A stretch of 32,989 nt of DNA from the IMG/VR virus record IMGVR_UViG_3300025677_000016; one strand, 5' to 3'. The notes beneath the pieces are model-generated. The model did not search any database. It worked only from the letters and a program-made list of their open reading frames with translations, and was not told the DNA's origin. Shown here piece by piece: positions 24,500-32,367 of the stretch (position 1 is the first letter of the stretch; each line of letters opens with the position of its first letter). Both the position numbers and the translations under genes were made by a program. The DNA is from a virus.

Positions 24500-25489
24500 A
24501 TGGGACTTGCTTCTCTCATTGTCCGCCTGGGGCTCGATGCGACAAGCTACAACGTGGGAATGAAGCGGGCCGAGAGTGCCGCAACGAAATTCTCCAGTGT
24601 TGTCAAGAGCCAGCTTGCTGGAGTGTTTGCGGTTGGCGCAATAACAGCCTACGCGAAGTCACTGACCAACTTCGCGTCGCACATACAAGACATCACAAAG
24701 CGCACGCAACTGAGCGCGGAAACAATCCAGGAATGGAACTATGCAGCTGAGCAGACGGGCACCAACTTGGAGACAATCGTTCGTGGGTACGAGTACCTTG
24801 CTAGGAGCAATCCGACGAAGACTAACCAGGAAGTCCTGCGGCAGTTCTATGAATTGAGCAGACTGGTTAAGGAGGGTGCGATCAGCAACGAGCTAGGCTA
24901 TGTTACGAAGCTTCTCGGGCGTGGAGGTGGCGAACTTATCCCGATGTTTCGCGAGGGCTTTCAGGAGATGGGCCAGGACGCGCGGCGGCTCGGAATCATC
25001 ATGGAGAATGACGTTATCGCCAAGCTGGACACTTTCGCGGACAAGATGGTCGAACTCAAAAATAGGTTGCGTGGGCCTGCGGGGACGGCGCTCGCAACGG
25101 CGGGTGGATGGCTTGCTGGATTCGTGAATGAAGTTGCGGACCAGGTTGCATTCCAAGGCGCGTTCTGGGCCGCAAAGGCTGAAGGCGTAACAAACGCTGA
25201 GGCGCTGAAGATAGCAAATGAAGTCCTTGCAGAGTCAAAGCCAACACAAGCTGAGGCCGCAAACAAGGCCGCGCCCAAACTGTTTGGTGATGAATCCGGC
25301 ACTGCCAACACGACGACCGCCCAAGAATCCCGCAAGTGGTTGCTAGGTGCTACCACCAGCAACCAACAAATCGGCGCCTTCAACGCCGCGCAGCCTATCC
25401 TCATCACGGAGACGAAGGAACAGACGCGCCAGTTGAAGAAGATTGCAGATAACACGGACGCGCTGAAAAAGGAGTGGGATAACTCATGA
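24500..25489 (+). CDS. Tape measure protein (short, 329 aa)
   Basis: The N-terminus MGLASLIVRLGLDATSYNVGMKRAES...QLAGVFAVGAI...TQLSAETIQEWNYAAEQTG is typical of TMPs, and the position fits. Confidence 0.7.
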   Translation: MGLASLIVRLGLDATSYNVGMKRAESAATKFSSVVKSQLAGVFAVGAITAYAKSLTNFASHIQDITKRTQLSAETIQEWNYAAEQTGTNLETIVRGYEYLARSNPTKTNQEVLRQFYELSRLVKEGAISNELGYVTKLLGRGGGELIPMFREGFQEMGQDARRLGIIMENDVIAKLDTFADKMVELKNRLRGPAGTALATAGGWLAGFVNEVADQVAFQGAFWAAKAEGVTNAEALKIANEVLAESKPTQAEAANKAAPKLFGDESGTANTTTAQESRKWLLGATTSNQQIGAFNAAQPILITETKEQTRQLKKIADNTDALKKEWDNS

Positions 25490-25491
25490 GC

Positions 25492-25614
25492 GTTTTCGGA
25501 ACAGACCACAAGCCTAATCAGTAGCCGCACGTCTAAGACTTCTATGCCACCCCAACCGAAAAAGGTTTTCGGAACAGACCCAAGACTAATCAGTAGCCGC
25601 ACGTCTAAGACTTC
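25492..25614 (+). repeat. Direct repeat of about 50 nt (25492-25542 and 25565-25614) with a 1-nt indel, at the TMP / next-gene junction
   Basis: gttttcggaacagacc(a)caag(c/a)ctaatcagtagccgcacgtctaagacttc, read directly. Confidence 0.9.
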
Positions 25615-26374
25615 GAGCGGAACTTCAACGATAAAGGTTTATGACGGGTCACTATCTGGAGTCAACACAGTCATTGCCGGCTTGTCTTCATGGGATCAAT
25701 GGGACCGTGACGACAGCAACGCTCCGCTCTATCGGTTGACGGTGCGGCAGCCTTTGGACGCTGAGGGTGCGGAATCGCTTGAGTGGTCTTGGGAAATCGC
25801 GCCGACCGAAGACAGGCGCGACATGAAGGAGCATCCCGTTGTGCTTAACATTGTCAATGCTCTGAATGCTGTGTCAGCAGACAGCGGCACAGATGCGCTC
25901 CGTCAAGTAATCCAGGCCGTTGACGATGCGAATGAACTCTTGTTTGTGGCTGGAGTTCTTCCGACCGAAGCAACGCGAGTATTCGAGAGACTCTATAACG
26001 TTATGCTCCGTGGCCAGACACACTTCGCATGGCCACACTACACACTGCGTTTCAACGCTACCGTAGGCGCTGCGTTCTCTGGACAAATCAACGACGATGG
26101 CGCTTATCGTGTGTACTCTGCCGGGGACATTATCTCGCAGTTTGGAAACTTCCCGATGTACGCTAGGACGCAAGCCCGAGTGCTTGCGCTCCAAGCATTC
26201 GACCCTGCGACTCTGTTCGCTTCCGCAGGCGTCACAGGCCTTTCTGGTTACACTTGGGGTTGGCTCAAAAAGCCGATGAGTGAAACGCAACTAAGGGACT
26301 TCAAGATTCAACTCTCTACAGAGTGGGATCTTGACTTGTGGGAAACTGAGCTACCCACTTACATCAGGCTATGA
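25544..26374 (+). CDS. Distal tail protein candidate (by position), 276 aa
   Basis: First gene after the TMP. The start is uncertain because of the upstream repeat. Confidence 0.45.
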   Translation: MPPQPKKVFGTDPRLISSRTSKTSSGTSTIKVYDGSLSGVNTVIAGLSSWDQWDRDDSNAPLYRLTVRQPLDAEGAESLEWSWEIAPTEDRRDMKEHPVVLNIVNALNAVSADSGTDALRQVIQAVDDANELLFVAGVLPTEATRVFERLYNVMLRGQTHFAWPHYTLRFNATVGAAFSGQINDDGAYRVYSAGDIISQFGNFPMYARTQARVLALQAFDPATLFASAGVTGLSGYTWGWLKKPMSETQLRDFKIQLSTEWDLDLWETELPTYIRL

Positions 26375-26559
26375 GGACTCCGGCAAAACCGCGCAAGCTC
26401 GGTGACTTGCTGACATGGGCTCAAGAGATGCACGAGTTCATCATGCGGAGTCGAATCGTGCCGAGTCCTGACGTGAAGCCGATTGAGACGACACGCGGCA
26501 CGGCTCTGATAACAACTGCGAAAGGCAAAGGTGGCGACGGTGACAATGTGTGGCAATGA
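26371..26559 (+). CDS. Hypothetical tail-module protein, 62 aa
   Basis: Track ORF with an ATGA overlap. Confidence 0.45.
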   Translation: MRTPAKPRKLGDLLTWAQEMHEFIMRSRIVPSPDVKPIETTRGTALITTAKGKGGDGDNVWQ

Positions 26560-26581
26560 CACAACTAACCAAGGATGAAAT

Positions 26582-27007
26582 ATGGCTGACTCTGTATCAC
26601 TCACATTCAAACTCAGCGCAAGCTTCTCAAGTGAGACCTACGCTAACACCATAAGCACAAAGAGCATCACGCCTGAGGCCGGCAGCGATGCCGCTGGCGC
26701 GAGCCTTCAAACCATCGGGACAAGCTGGCAAGCGTTAGACCTTGGTGACGTTGACAAAACTAAACGTTACTGGGTCTGTGTCGTCAACAAATCGAGCGAC
26801 ACAGCAACTCCCAATACACTGACGATTAAAGCTTTGACTGGAGTTGGGGCATACGGGGGTGTTGAGTTCGTGCTTTACCCTGGCGAGGGAATGCTCGTCC
26901 CGATGGAGGCTTGGGATGGAACATATCCGGTACTCGGAGGATTGTTCGCTGGTGCTACCGATCCTGTTGCTCAAGTCGTCTACGCGGACGCAGGTGTTCC
27001 TCAATGA
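26582..27007 (+). CDS. Hypothetical tail-module protein, 141 aa
   Basis: Track ORF with the RBS-like sequence ccaaggatgaaat upstream. Confidence 0.55.
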   Translation: MADSVSLTFKLSASFSSETYANTISTKSITPEAGSDAAGASLQTIGTSWQALDLGDVDKTKRYWVCVVNKSSDTATPNTLTIKALTGVGAYGGVEFVLYPGEGMLVPMEAWDGTYPVLGGLFAGATDPVAQVVYADAGVPQ

Positions 27008-28368
27008 GCTTGACCTATCCAGTCGCGCCAACGGTTGCGGCGGGAGAAGCTATCACTAGCACGCAACTGGCAGGACTCGCAAACGCGATCAATGCTAGGT
27101 TGCGCTGTGGACTTGGGGACGGTGCCGAGCGCGTTGCGTACATGACACGCAACGCGTTCCTTCAACTCCAGAATCCAAGCGGCAGTGTGTATCTGCCGCA
27201 GTCACACTTTTTCACTCAGCGGCAGATGGCCGAGCCGGAACACACCGAATGGCCGGAGGCCGAAGTGGGTGAAGACAACGGTGCAACCACGGGCAGCAAC
27301 TGGGGAGCCTACGTTTTCGGCTCTGATGACATCGACCTGCAACCGGAAGCTGTGCGGTTGACTGATCCTGTCGAGGGATTCATAACCACGCCTGCGAGCA
27401 CGAGCACTCTTGATTTGTGGCAACTCGGGAAGCTTCAACGCGGAGCATACGACCCAACGACTGGAGCTATAGCATGTCCTGCATTCACAGCAGCCCGCGA
27501 GTATGCGAAGATTCGGTGGCGCTGGTGGAGTCCACAAGGAGCAAGCTGGGGTGGATACTTCGCAAGCCCAGCCCTAAACGCGACACCGTGCGAAGACCCG
27601 GACGCTACAGACAACTACCCTGCCCCGCCCAACTTCAATGTTTTCTTCACCAACCTTTCCACCGGCGCGACCACAAGCTATCCGGGGACTTGTTCCGACG
27701 GGCCAAGCTTGTCTACCCCTGGAATGTATGATGATCACATTTACGCTTGGGGTGAGACACCCTGGGCGTACTATGTCGCGCTGAACAATGGCACGGTTGA
27801 CGAGCTAAGCAAAACAGAGTGGGTTATTGGACCGTTCTCCGGCGAACCGAGGCTAGGGCGAGGATGGGCAGGAATGTTCGAGCGATTCGGACACCGCTTC
27901 GCCGGCGAGTTTCGTGGGGTGGAGCCGAACGAGAAGGCTATGCGCGCGCGTTCTACGGTACGCTACAGGCTTGCGCCGAACTTTCGAGACATAGTGCGGC
28001 GGCAGTATCTACTAGCCCCGCAGAACGGAACGCAGAGCGGGAACGAGATAACCGCAATCTACCAAAGCGCAAGCCTAGGGCACGGGCAAAGTGCGATGAT
28101 GAACGCTGCGAGTGGCATGGTATTTGCCGGGATGCTCGTCACTGGTTCCGGCTCAGTGACAGCGACTGACTCCGACGGCGATGTTGTGGGATCAGCAAGT
28201 GGACCTGCATCTGTTGCAGCGTTTGATCCGACCGCAACTAGCGTTACGCTTACCGCTTCGGACTCATCTTCGGGTGTACAGGTTGAACTCTTGGAGTTGC
28301 TACCGTACACACCAGGGCCATGGGATGTGTTCATGATGTTTAGGGTCGGTGGGGCTGTGCTTGCATGA
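27004..28368 (+). CDS. Tail tip / baseplate protein candidate, 454 aa
   Basis: Internal ATG 27004 (ATGA overlap) of track ORF 26911-28368. Confidence 0.55.
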   Translation: MSLTYPVAPTVAAGEAITSTQLAGLANAINARLRCGLGDGAERVAYMTRNAFLQLQNPSGSVYLPQSHFFTQRQMAEPEHTEWPEAEVGEDNGATTGSNWGAYVFGSDDIDLQPEAVRLTDPVEGFITTPASTSTLDLWQLGKLQRGAYDPTTGAIACPAFTAAREYAKIRWRWWSPQGASWGGYFASPALNATPCEDPDATDNYPAPPNFNVFFTNLSTGATTSYPGTCSDGPSLSTPGMYDDHIYAWGETPWAYYVALNNGTVDELSKTEWVIGPFSGEPRLGRGWAGMFERFGHRFAGEFRGVEPNEKAMRARSTVRYRLAPNFRDIVRRQYLLAPQNGTQSGNEITAIYQSASLGHGQSAMMNAASGMVFAGMLVTGSGSVTATDSDGDVVGSASGPASVAAFDPTATSVTLTASDSSSGVQVELLELLPYTPGPWDVFMMFRVGGAVLA

Positions 28369-30464
28369 GCATTCCGCTTGATGGTAGTCCGCTTACAGTC
28401 GACGCTCCGCGCGCGATTGAATCGAGCTACTGGTCCGGCGCGTGTATCACTTCGCAGAGCGGACAGGAGTTGGACGTTCCGCGCTACATGAACCACAATG
28501 CTTTCTTCGATTCGGCTCGCCGCTTCTCACAGTTCGTCCGCTTCATTGATAGGCCACAAATCACGGGTTACGAAGTCGTCAACGGCAAGTCAGTGATCTA
28601 CGTCACACTCCGAGACTTGGGTGGAGGTGCAACTGTGCTTGATGGTATCAAGGATGCGATCACGGCCACGGCACCGAAAGAAGGCTGGTCAAACGAGTGG
28701 CTTCTGCTGCCGTACTTTCGTCCATACTCACCGCACGACACGCACACACTGAGTCTTCCGAACTTCGCGGATTACTACGATATTTGGCAGCGTGGCCAAT
28801 GGCACGCGCCGGAAACAGAAGTTGATGAGGATTTACTATGGCAGATTTCCTACGGAGCAAAGGTCAACGGCTACGGCAATTTCCTCGCCGAGAGTGTGTC
28901 AGGCTACAACTACGCCAAACTCTACACGCCAACATTTGGAAGCTACAACCTGAACTATTACCCGCACGGAGGCGACCCGACAGAGCAAGCAAAGAACCTT
29001 AAGTTCTACAAGTCGGTCCAGATTTACAAGCCTCCGTATGAGATTGAGTCTGCTGAAACTGTGAACATCGACGGCGCGGAGCGAATCAGGATTACGCTTA
29101 CCACGAGGCTACAGAATACCGTGGGCGAGGTTGACGGCGTTCCCGCTGGTGACATATCGCGTGACGTGTCGACGTGGGTCGGTGCAACCATTGCGGCTGA
29201 ACCGTATCGCACGGATGAGAACGCTCTGCGGTTGTATCTCGTTTGGCTCGCGACGGGCTACAATCCACCTTGCACGATAGGAGACTGGGCTCGGGCCGGC
29301 GAACCGAACACGCATTACGATTCGCTCTTTGCATCCATCATGCCGACGCTCGTGCTCGTGAAGCTGATGCCGTTGCCATACGATGACGGAAACGACACAG
29401 CGCAATCGAGCGATTCCCCGGCGTGGCATGACTGGTTCCTCTCTGCGGAATGGTACATTCGCGCAATGTGCGAAGGATACGTGGACCTGAACTCCAGCGT
29501 GAATCTCGCATGCAATGTCGATGATCCGGACGGCATTCCAGAGTCAGAGGACGAGACGTGCGAAGACACCGGACCTGATATTTACGACTACACGTTTGAA
29601 AACCTGATGGTTGATGCGAGCGGTGGAACGCGCTCCGCGATGCTGACTGTTCCAACGACTGACTTAGCTGACCCGTGGCCTAGCTACGGGCCATTGCCGC
29701 GGACGCCACGAGCAGCCGAAGTCTTCAACTTGTTCAGTTCGGCAGTAAACAAGCTAACTCGCGTTCGGCTCATGCTCCCATGGGACTTGTGGCACCGTGA
29801 TATTTACTATGAATCTGACGCTCTGAACGTCGCGCCGTCTGACTTGTGCGGCGGCGCGCTCTCATGCGGAGCAACCGGCAAGCAAGTGTGGGTTGGCACA
29901 GGGAATCCTGCTAACACACTCACGCTAGATGAGGGATGGGATAACACACCTGAACATCTTTACTCGCAGGTAAGCTCTGCGTTCACGTTCGCTTGCGGTC
30001 CAGACTATCAGCTTGTCAGCACTCGGAACACGGTGGAAATCAAATTCGACCTGCTCGATGCGGACTTGCTCTATGCGATTCCGGATCAATGGAAGGAGCT
30101 AGTCACAGACCATACAAACCTTGGAACTGTGATGTGCATATGGCGGTACAATGTGCGATGGGTGTGGAATGACGAAGCGACAACGGAATGCGATCCACCA
30201 TACATTTCGTTCGCTTGCGGATTCGAGGAGCAGAAGATACAGCGTGTCGGTTGCGAGTACGTGAAAGAAGGACTCGTGGACTTCGGCGCGCAACCGCCAG
30301 GAGGGCTGCACGCGGCGGCGTGGCAAACCACCCCATTAGCCCAGTGCTCGCACGGTCCGGCGAACATCTGGTGGGGCTATCCTGCTGAGCGTAGAACGCT
30401 ATTCGTCGACGTACCGCTCGAAGGAACCGAGCCCGAGACTGTGACAGTCCCCGAAGACCCATGA
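28365..30464 (+). CDS. Large distal tail / receptor-binding candidate, 699 aa
   Basis: Last and largest gene of the late operon. No motif recognised. Confidence 0.55.
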   Translation: MSIPLDGSPLTVDAPRAIESSYWSGACITSQSGQELDVPRYMNHNAFFDSARRFSQFVRFIDRPQITGYEVVNGKSVIYVTLRDLGGGATVLDGIKDAITATAPKEGWSNEWLLLPYFRPYSPHDTHTLSLPNFADYYDIWQRGQWHAPETEVDEDLLWQISYGAKVNGYGNFLAESVSGYNYAKLYTPTFGSYNLNYYPHGGDPTEQAKNLKFYKSVQIYKPPYEIESAETVNIDGAERIRITLTTRLQNTVGEVDGVPAGDISRDVSTWVGATIAAEPYRTDENALRLYLVWLATGYNPPCTIGDWARAGEPNTHYDSLFASIMPTLVLVKLMPLPYDDGNDTAQSSDSPAWHDWFLSAEWYIRAMCEGYVDLNSSVNLACNVDDPDGIPESEDETCEDTGPDIYDYTFENLMVDASGGTRSAMLTVPTTDLADPWPSYGPLPRTPRAAEVFNLFSSAVNKLTRVRLMLPWDLWHRDIYYESDALNVAPSDLCGGALSCGATGKQVWVGTGNPANTLTLDEGWDNTPEHLYSQVSSAFTFACGPDYQLVSTRNTVEIKFDLLDADLLYAIPDQWKELVTDHTNLGTVMCIWRYNVRWVWNDEATTECDPPYISFACGFEEQKIQRVGCEYVKEGLVDFGAQPPGGLHAAAWQTTPLAQCSHGPANIWWGYPAERRTLFVDVPLEGTEPETVTVPEDP

Positions 30465-30675
30465 CATTCCGCGTGACAGGCTATTTGCGACGCCGGACGG
30501 CTCCCCCGGTACGCGCACACCCCCCGGCCACAGAAAACGCGCCAGCGGGCAAATCTGAGCGAATGCAGGCCTGTCTCGCGTGCGGATGGCTACAGGACAG
30601 CCGGTGCCAACATCCTGGGGCGAGCCGGTGCCCAGGGCGGCAGGGCGGGCAGCCGTGGCGCAGCCTGCGGCGGTG

Positions 30676-30721
30676 CCCCGCGGGCCGGTGGTGAGCGCAG
30701 GAAGCCCGTGGTGGGGTTTTT
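30676..30721 (+). terminator. Possible terminator of the late operon: imperfect GC stem (ccccgcgggc ... gcccgtggtgggg) followed by TTTTT
   Basis: Read directly. The stem has an internal bulge. Confidence 0.3.
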
Positions 30722-30753
30722 CCCGGCGGGGAGGGTGAGCGTAGCCGGGCAAC

Positions 30754-30781
30754 AAAAAAGCCGCAGGGGGATGCCTGCGGC
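30754..30781 (-). terminator. Rho-independent terminator of the leftward module
   Basis: On the minus strand: gccgcagg-catccc-cctgcggc followed by TTTTTT, 22 nt after the stop of 30803-31012(-). Confidence 0.7.
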
Positions 30782-30802
30782 GTGGGTGCCTCGCGGGGCT
30801 AT

Positions 30803-31012
30803 TTACCACCCTCGTTTCGCCGTCACGACCGTGTAGCCATCGTCGCTACGGGCCTTTCCGTTTTCAGCGTCGCCCGGCAATCTCGCTCGCACTTCGTCTC
30901 CGAATCGCGATTTTGCGATGGCTTGAGCCTGATCCTGGGCCATCAAGCGTTGATGCTGCTCGAACACTCCGGTTGCGTCGTGTCTCCGGTATTGGACTGT
31001 GTATCGCTTCAT
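30803..31012 (-). CDS. Hypothetical protein, 69 aa (MKRYTVQYRRHDATGVFEQHQRL...)
   Basis: Track ORF preceded by aagaggaaacaaa, and a terminator follows. Confidence 0.55.
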   Translation of the reverse strand: MKRYTVQYRRHDATGVFEQHQRLMAQDQAQAIAKSRFGDEVRARLPGDAENGKARSDDGYTVVTAKRGW

Positions 31013-31026
31013 TTTGTTTCCTCTTG

Positions 31027-31044
31027 GTTGTGCCCCTTGCGGGG
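31027..31044 (-). repeat. 18-nt motif GTTGTGCCCCTTGCGGGG (minus strand: CCCC-GCAA-GGGG hairpin plus CACAAC), copy 1; copy 2 at 31216-31233
   Basis: Identical 18-mers. Each sits between a stop codon and the next RBS in the leftward module. Confidence 0.8.
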
Positions 31045-31057
31045 GCTGTGGGCGGCG

Positions 31058-31204
31058 CTACTTGCGCTTCGTGCGCCTGATCCCCTTCCGCCGGACGCGG
31101 CTCATGACCGCGCTCCGTTCCGCCGATGTGAGCCGGTCCCACCGAGCCGAGGCCGCTCTGGCCTGTTGCGGCTCGATGGCCGCGCCGCATTTTGGACAGT
31201 TCAT
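31058..31204 (-). CDS. Small basic protein, 48 aa (MNCPKCGAAIEPQQARAASARWDRLTSAERSAVMSRVRRKGIRRTKRK)
   Basis: Hand-translated, preceded by aaaaaggaagc. A paralogous segment occurs at 4651-4727 (+). Confidence 0.45.
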   Translation of the reverse strand: MNCPKCGAAIEPQQARAASARWDRLTSAERSAVMSRVRRKGIRRTKRK

Positions 31205-31240
31205 GCTTCCTTTTTGTTGTGCCCCTTGCGGGGCGGGTTC

Positions 31241-31564
31241 TCAGTCTCGATTCAGCGGGCTCGCCGGCGACATCCGGCACCACTGCTCGACCGTCTCGCA
31301 GCCTGCCACCCAATCACGCCCCACCTCGATGCGTAGCGTGCTCGGAGTGTAGAGCGTCCGCGCAAATCTACCGTTGCGGATATGGGTCTTCCAGCGTCCC
31401 ATTCCCGCCGTCGCGGGATGTTTGTCGCCATCCACCTCGACGATTGGGGTGGAGTGGAGCGATCGGAGGCCTCTATCCGTTCGGCCGCGCGGATGCCAGC
31501 CGTTTCGGCGGGCGATGCGCCTAATGTATGTGCTGAGTTTCATCTCGTTTTTGTTTGTTTTCAT
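31241..31564 (-). CDS. First gene of the leftward module, 107 aa; regulator candidate by position only
   Basis: Track ORF. ATG 31564 lies 6 nt after a TAGATT -10 box, which suggests a leaderless mRNA. The C-terminus AGCETVEQWCRMSPASPLNRD is duplicated at 4571-4636 (+). Confidence 0.55.
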   Translation of the reverse strand: MKTNKNEMKLSTYIRRIARRNGWHPRGRTDRGLRSLHSTPIVEVDGDKHPATAGMGRWKTHIRNGRFARTLYTPSTLRIEVGRDWVAGCETVEQWCRMSPASPLNRD

Positions 31565-31570
31565 GCGCGC

Positions 31571-31598
31571 AATCTACACTCACTTGCGCGCACGTCAA
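31571..31598 (-). promoter_or_regulatory. Leftward promoter candidate: TTGACG, 16-nt spacer, TAGATT, with TGCGCGCAA in the spacer
   Basis: Minus strand reads tgTTGACGtgcgcgcaagtgagtgTAGATTgcgcgcATG. Confidence 0.45.
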
Positions 31599-31663
31599 CA
31601 GTTTTCTGTAAAATCGTAAAACTTTTTTCTGGCGGGTTGGCACGATTCATGACGTGCGCGCAA
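31584..31663. promoter_or_regulatory. Perfect 14-bp inverted repeat TTGCGCGCACGTCA (31584-31597) / TGACGTGCGCGCAA (31650-31663)
   Basis: Read directly. The arms are 52 nt apart, and the left arm overlaps the leftward promoter. Confidence 0.8.
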
Positions 31664-31687
31664 ACATTGGCGTTTTCGAGCAAACGG

Positions 31688-31790
31688 CGATTTGATTGTG
31701 CGGAAACATCAATGGGAATGCGGGTGCAAACGCGATTTGCATTGCACTTTTCGGACGCGAATCGAAAAAACCGTTGACGATTTGCATTGC
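31688..31790 (+). repeat. Three direct repeats CGATTTG(C)ATTG at 31688, 31733 and 31778 (45-nt spacing)
   Basis: Read directly. The last copy overlaps the rightward -35 and spacer. Confidence 0.75.
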
Positions 31791-31802
31791 GCGCAATACA
31801 AG
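31774..31802 (+). promoter_or_regulatory. Rightward promoter candidate: TTGACG, 17-nt spacer, TACAAG, with the 12-bp palindrome ATTGCGCGCAAT (31786-31797) in the spacer
   Basis: Read directly. The -10 box is weak because it lacks the final T. Confidence 0.3.
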
Positions 31803-31837
31803 CAATGCACGCAATGAGCGCAAACCGAAAACGGAAA

Positions 31838-31987
31838 ATGCGATCCTGGGAAGCGGACCCAGACATAGACGAGCATCTTCGTCTGCTTCAAAAAAAGCAC
31901 ACTCTTTTAACACCCCACATCAACCGCGCGTTGCGAGCGTACTTCGCCCGCGAATTCGGGTGGTCGTGGAAAAAGAAGCTCCAATGA
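31838..31987 (+). CDS. Small ribbon-helix-helix-like protein, 49 aa (MRSWEADPDIDEHLRLLQKKHTLLTPHINRALRAYFAREFG...); Cro-like by position
   Basis: Internal ATG of track ORF 31787-31987, preceded by aaacggaaa. The stop overlaps the next start (ATGA 31984-31987). The strand-helix-helix pattern was judged by eye. Confidence 0.4.
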   Translation: MRSWEADPDIDEHLRLLQKKHTLLTPHINRALRAYFAREFGWSWKKKLQ

Positions 31988-32367
31988 GAACGCTACTTTC
32001 GGCCTGTCTCGCGTTTGCGATCACGGGCCTGGTCTGCGCGGGACAGCCTCAAAAAAGACCCAATGCTGTACGTCTCGAGCAGGCCGAACTCTACACAGTC
32101 ACGGCTTACTGTCCGTGCAAAGTCTGCTGCGGGAAGTGGAGCGGTGGGCCGACGGCAAGCGGCAAGATGCCGGTGGCCGGCATCACAGTTGCCGGGCCAC
32201 GGTCGATTCCGTTTGGCACTAGGGTTTGGATCGAGGGCGTGGGCGTGCGGGTGGTGCAAGACAGACTTGCTCGCAAGTATGACGGGAGATTTGACCTGTA
32301 CTTTTCGAGCCATGCGGACGCGCTCCGATTCGGGAAGCGTAGCCTGAAGGTAAGGGTGCTGCGATGA
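31984..32367 (+). CDS. Secreted 3D-domain (MltA/RlpA-like) muralytic protein; endolysin candidate
   Basis: Signal peptide MRTLLSACLAFAITGLVCA, then TAYCPC..CCGKWSGGPTASG...PFGTRVWIEGVG..VQDRLARKYDGRFDLYFSSHADALRFG, which is the 3D-domain pattern. Confidence 0.7.
   Translation: MRTLLSACLAFAITGLVCAGQPQKRPNAVRLEQAELYTVTAYCPCKVCCGKWSGGPTASGKMPVAGITVAGPRSIPFGTRVWIEGVGVRVVQDRLARKYDGRFDLYFSSHADALRFGKRSLKVRVLR

Noticed and set aside
30568-30581. A 14-nt identity, ggcctgtctcgcgt, shared with 32003-32016
   Set aside because: A single 14-mer match within a 33-kb sequence compared with itself is within chance expectation, and there is no flanking similarity.
30399-30809. ORFs 30399-30809(-) and 30461-30694(+) in the GC-rich convergence zone
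   Set aside because: Their products are Pro/Arg/Gly/Ala-rich and implausible. They overlap terminator structures and the end of the 699-aa gene, and I saw no RBS.
31696-32367. The 223-aa version of the 3D-domain ORF, starting at 31696
   Set aside because: The N-terminal extension would run through the promoter/operator region and gives a low-complexity basic sequence. ATG 31984 gives a clean signal peptide and overlaps the stop of the upstream small ORF.
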